NCBI GenBank assembly: GCA_963778655.1 | Contig: CAVZVA010000005.1 | Location: forward strand, 32,001-96,000 | Reading direction: 5' to 3' | Source of the DNA: an uncultured delta proteobacterium | GTDB taxonomy: Bacteria > Myxococcota_A > Polyangia > Polyangiales > JAFGIB01 | DNA: 64,000 nt | Shown here: positions 61,461 to 64,000 of the stretch, piece by piece | Layout of the letters: each line of letters begins with the position of its first letter | How positions within the stretch are numbered: position 1 is the stretch's first letter | Program-made: the position numbers and the translations under genes | Notes under the pieces: model-generated | Database searches by the model: none | Seen by the model: the letters and a program-made list of their open reading frames with translations, nothing else | What the model was told of the DNA's origin: nothing

Positions 61461-63086
61461 TCAATACCCGATCAGCACCACCACCGCGATCGCGTGCTCG
61501 AGCGTGTCGTCGCGCGTGCCCTGCGCGATGCCCAGGCCGATCGCGCGCGCGTGCGGGTCCTGCAAGGCGTCGAGCGTGGCGGCCTCGTCGAGCGAGCTGA
61601 CCAGCGTCATCAACGCGCCCAGGCGGGTGTACGGCGGATGGCTGCGCGCGGCGCGCTGGTTGAGGTGGTCGACCACCTCCTGGATCGACTCGTGCGCCTG
61701 TGCCATGAAGAACTCGCGCGCGGCCTGCGCGCACAGCTCGTCGAGCGCCACGTCGCGCTCGAGCGCGGGCAGCCCGCGCCGCGCACGCGCGCGTGTGACC
61801 GCCTCGCCCAGGCGCGCGGGCGCCTGCTCCACGTCGATCGGGTGCGCGAAGCGCGCGAACAGCTCGGTCACGAGATAGGCGGCGCGCTGGTCTTCGCGCG
61901 AGATCACCACGCCAAAGCCGACATCGGTGGCCTCTGGATTGAGCACGTTCTCGCGGTGCCCCGGGCTCTCCATCAAGCCGCGGTGCACCTCGTCGGGGCT
62001 GTAGCCGCGGCCGATGTTCTCGAGCACCAGCGGGGTGCGGATACCGGCGCGCTTGACTCGGTCGCCGGCGTCGCCGGTGGTCTTGGAGGTGTGGCCGATG
62101 AAGCCGTGCTCCTGCATGTCCTGGCTGTGCGCCAGCGCGACCCGGGCCAGCCGCGGGTCGAGCCCGAGCGCGGCCAGCCCGGCGCGCGCGCGGTCCGCGT
62201 TGATCAGCTCGAGCAAGCGCTGCTCGGTCTGCGCCGCGTCGAGGGTCGCGCCTGCGGGCGGCTCCAGCTGCACCTGCAGCTCGGTCACCGGCGGCACGCC
62301 TACGTAGAGCGGGAAGTTCGCCACCACCGTTTCGCCCAGCTGCGAGCTGGCGAGCAGCTCGATGCGGTGCTCGCCCGAGCCGCGCAGCGGCACCGGCAGC
62401 GCGAGCTCGGGGCCCGCCTGAGGCTGGCTGCGGTAGCTGCTGCCGTCCGGATACGAGATCACCAGCGTGGGCGCGCTGAAGCCGTCCTGCAGCCGACCTT
62501 GCAGCTCGAGGCTCGCGCCGGGCGGGACCGCGCGCGGAAACGGGCGCAGCTGCAGCCAGCGCCAGCTCAGCACCAGCACCGAGAACACCACGCCGTCGCG
62601 CCGCAGCGTGGCCGCGCCGTAGTGCGTGTAGCGCTGCGCCGGGAGGATGCTGGCCAGCTCTTGCGCGGTGCGGTCTTCCAGGCGGCCGGCGTCGGCCTGC
62701 GAGAGCACCAGCATGTGCGGCACCGGCTCGGGCAGGCCGAGGTGATGGGTCCATAGATCGATCACGGGGTAGGGCGGCGGATTGCCCTGCGCGTCGAGCT
62801 CGCCGCCCACCCACTCGGCCAGCTGGCCCAGGCGCGCGTCGGGCAGCAGCGGGCGCCCGCTCTGCTGGCTGGCGCGCGCGATGCCGCGTCCGACCTGGTC
62901 GGCGTAGGGCCCGCGCAGCGCCTCACCCGCGGGCGGCTCGCTCTGGTAGCTGTCGGCCGGCGTGCCGGGCGCGACGAAGCGCACGCTCGGCCCTGCGGGC
63001 CCGGGACGGCTGCCGGCGGCCGCGCAGCCCGCCAGCCAGGCGGCGAGCGCGCACGCAGCAACCACGCGTCGGCGGAGCAGACTCAT
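61461..63086 (-). CDS. CAP (SCP-like) domain lipoprotein
   Basis: Lipobox WLAGC; LINADRARAGL...AHSQDM...FIGH...ENIG...LMESPGHRENVL; degenerate CAP-like flanking domains. Confidence 0.85.
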   Translation of the reverse strand: MSLLRRRVVAACALAAWLAGCAAAGSRPGPAGPSVRFVAPGTPADSYQSEPPAGEALRGPYADQVGRGIARASQQSGRPLLPDARLGQLAEWVGGELDAQGNPPPYPVIDLWTHHLGLPEPVPHMLVLSQADAGRLEDRTAQELASILPAQRYTHYGAATLRRDGVVFSVLVLSWRWLQLRPFPRAVPPGASLELQGRLQDGFSAPTLVISYPDGSSYRSQPQAGPELALPVPLRGSGEHRIELLASSQLGETVVANFPLYVGVPPVTELQVQLEPPAGATLDAAQTEQRLLELINADRARAGLAALGLDPRLARVALAHSQDMQEHGFIGHTSKTTGDAGDRVKRAGIRTPLVLENIGRGYSPDEVHRGLMESPGHRENVLNPEATDVGFGVVISREDQRAAYLVTELFARFAHPIDVEQAPARLGEAVTRARARRGLPALERDVALDELCAQAAREFFMAQAHESIQEVVDHLNQRAARSHPPYTRLGALMTLVSSLDEAATLDALQDPHARAIGLGIAQGTRDDTLEHAIAVVVLIGY

Positions 63087-64000
63087 GGCCGCAGCAGGTT
63101 CGACAGGATCTTCGCGCCGGCTACCCAGGTGCCGAGCACGCCGCCCAGACTGCTGAGCACGAACACCATGAACACGCGCAGCAGGCGGTTGCGCCACAGC
63201 CCTGCGGGGCGGCTCAGATCCTCGGCCACCGATTGCAGCTCGCGCACGCGCGGCGGCACCAGGTAGGTCTGCACCAGCGCGGCCACGTAGCCCACGCCAA
63301 TCAACGGCGAGAGCGCAGTGAAGGGCGCCGCCGCGAAGGCGGCGAGCACGGTCAGCGGGTGGCCCAGCGCCAGCGCGCTGCCGAACGCGGCGGGAATCGC
63401 GTGCGCGAGGATCCAGATCAGCGCGTTGTCGCGCGCCACGTGCGCGCCGCGGGTCGCGCCCATGTACGCGATCGAGCCCACGATCAGCGCGGTCACGCCC
63501 CAGCCGAAGGCCTTCCACTTGCGCGACACGGGCGGGATGCGCTCGAGCTCCTGCAAGTCGACCTCACGCCGCTCGCGCAGCGCGGCCAGCATGCCCGAGA
63601 GGTGGCCGGCGCCGACCACCGCGACCACGGTCTGGCCCTGCGCCTGCGCGATCTTGGTCGCGAGGTAGCTGTCGCGCTCGTCGATCAGGCTGCGCTTCAG
63701 CTCGGGCATGGCCTCGCCCAGCTCCTGCATCAGCTCGCTCAGCACGTCGCGCTGCTTGAGCTTGCGCAGGTCCTCTTCGCTGATCTCGGGCGTCTCGCCC
63801 ACGCTCACGGCCACGCCCGAGAGCAGCATCGCCTTCTTGGTCAGCGGCAGCGAGGCCCAGGCCCGGCGCAGCGTCACGCGCACGTCGCGGTCGCACAGCG
63901 CGACCGGCACCCCGCTCTGCTTGGCCGCCTCGACCGCCTCGAGCAGCTCGCTGCCGGGCATCACGCCGAGCTTGAGCCCGAGCCGCTTCTGGTACGAGGC
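63083..64000 (-). CDS. TraB/GumN family protein (5' end outside window)
   Basis: PGSELLEA, DRDVRVTLRRAW, LIDERDSYLA, VAVVGAGH, C-terminal TM block with GHPLT. Confidence 0.9.
   Translation of the reverse strand, partial: ASYQKRLGLKLGVMPGSELLEAVEAAKQSGVPVALCDRDVRVTLRRAWASLPLTKKAMLLSGVAVSVGETPEISEEDLRKLKQRDVLSELMQELGEAMPELKRSLIDERDSYLATKIAQAQGQTVVAVVGAGHLSGMLAALRERREVDLQELERIPPVSRKWKAFGWGVTALIVGSIAYMGATRGAHVARDNALIWILAHAIPAAFGSALALGHPLTVLAAFAAAPFTALSPLIGVGYVAALVQTYLVPPRVRELQSVAEDLSRPAGLWRNRLLRVFMVFVLSSLGGVLGTWVAGAKILSNLLRP

Overview
High-GC bacterial chromosomal window whose gene content (Ser/Thr kinase, ECF sigma-FecR/TPR cassettes, Cys-rich lipoproteins, AgmX-like C-terminal domain) looks myxobacterial (Polyangiales-like; inference). 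About 52 CDS, including housekeeping genes (glpK, rimI, smc, thiS-thiG, alr, dam, ggt, mch-like hydratase). No rRNA, tRNA, CRISPR array, prophage or transposase was recognised. Main candidate new system: a four-gene operon (35801-39609) matching the actinobacterial 3-O-methylmannose polysaccharide (MMP) cluster (ManT, MeT3, MmpH, MeT1-like), extended by two hexapeptide acyltransferases, an extra O-methyltransferase and a 1870-aa single-chain acyl-CoA carboxylase. Other points: (i) a structured REP-like repeat with compensatory base changes at two loci, one of which triplicates the first ~17 codons of an epimerase gene into a chain of ATGA-overlapping ORFs; (ii) two four-gene ECF/FecR-TPR/outer-membrane-protein/lipoprotein cassettes, one with a predicted promoter motif TGAGCCAC-N14-GCGCCYAC found twice; (iii) many -10 boxes 6-7 nt before start codons (leaderless signature); (iv) two MITE-like elements; (v) apparent pseudo-enzymes (signal peptidase I lacking both catalytic residues, degenerate cyclase-STAND protein); (vi) two single-base frameshifts that may be assembly errors. 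All family assignments come from motif recognition by eye; no database searches were run.
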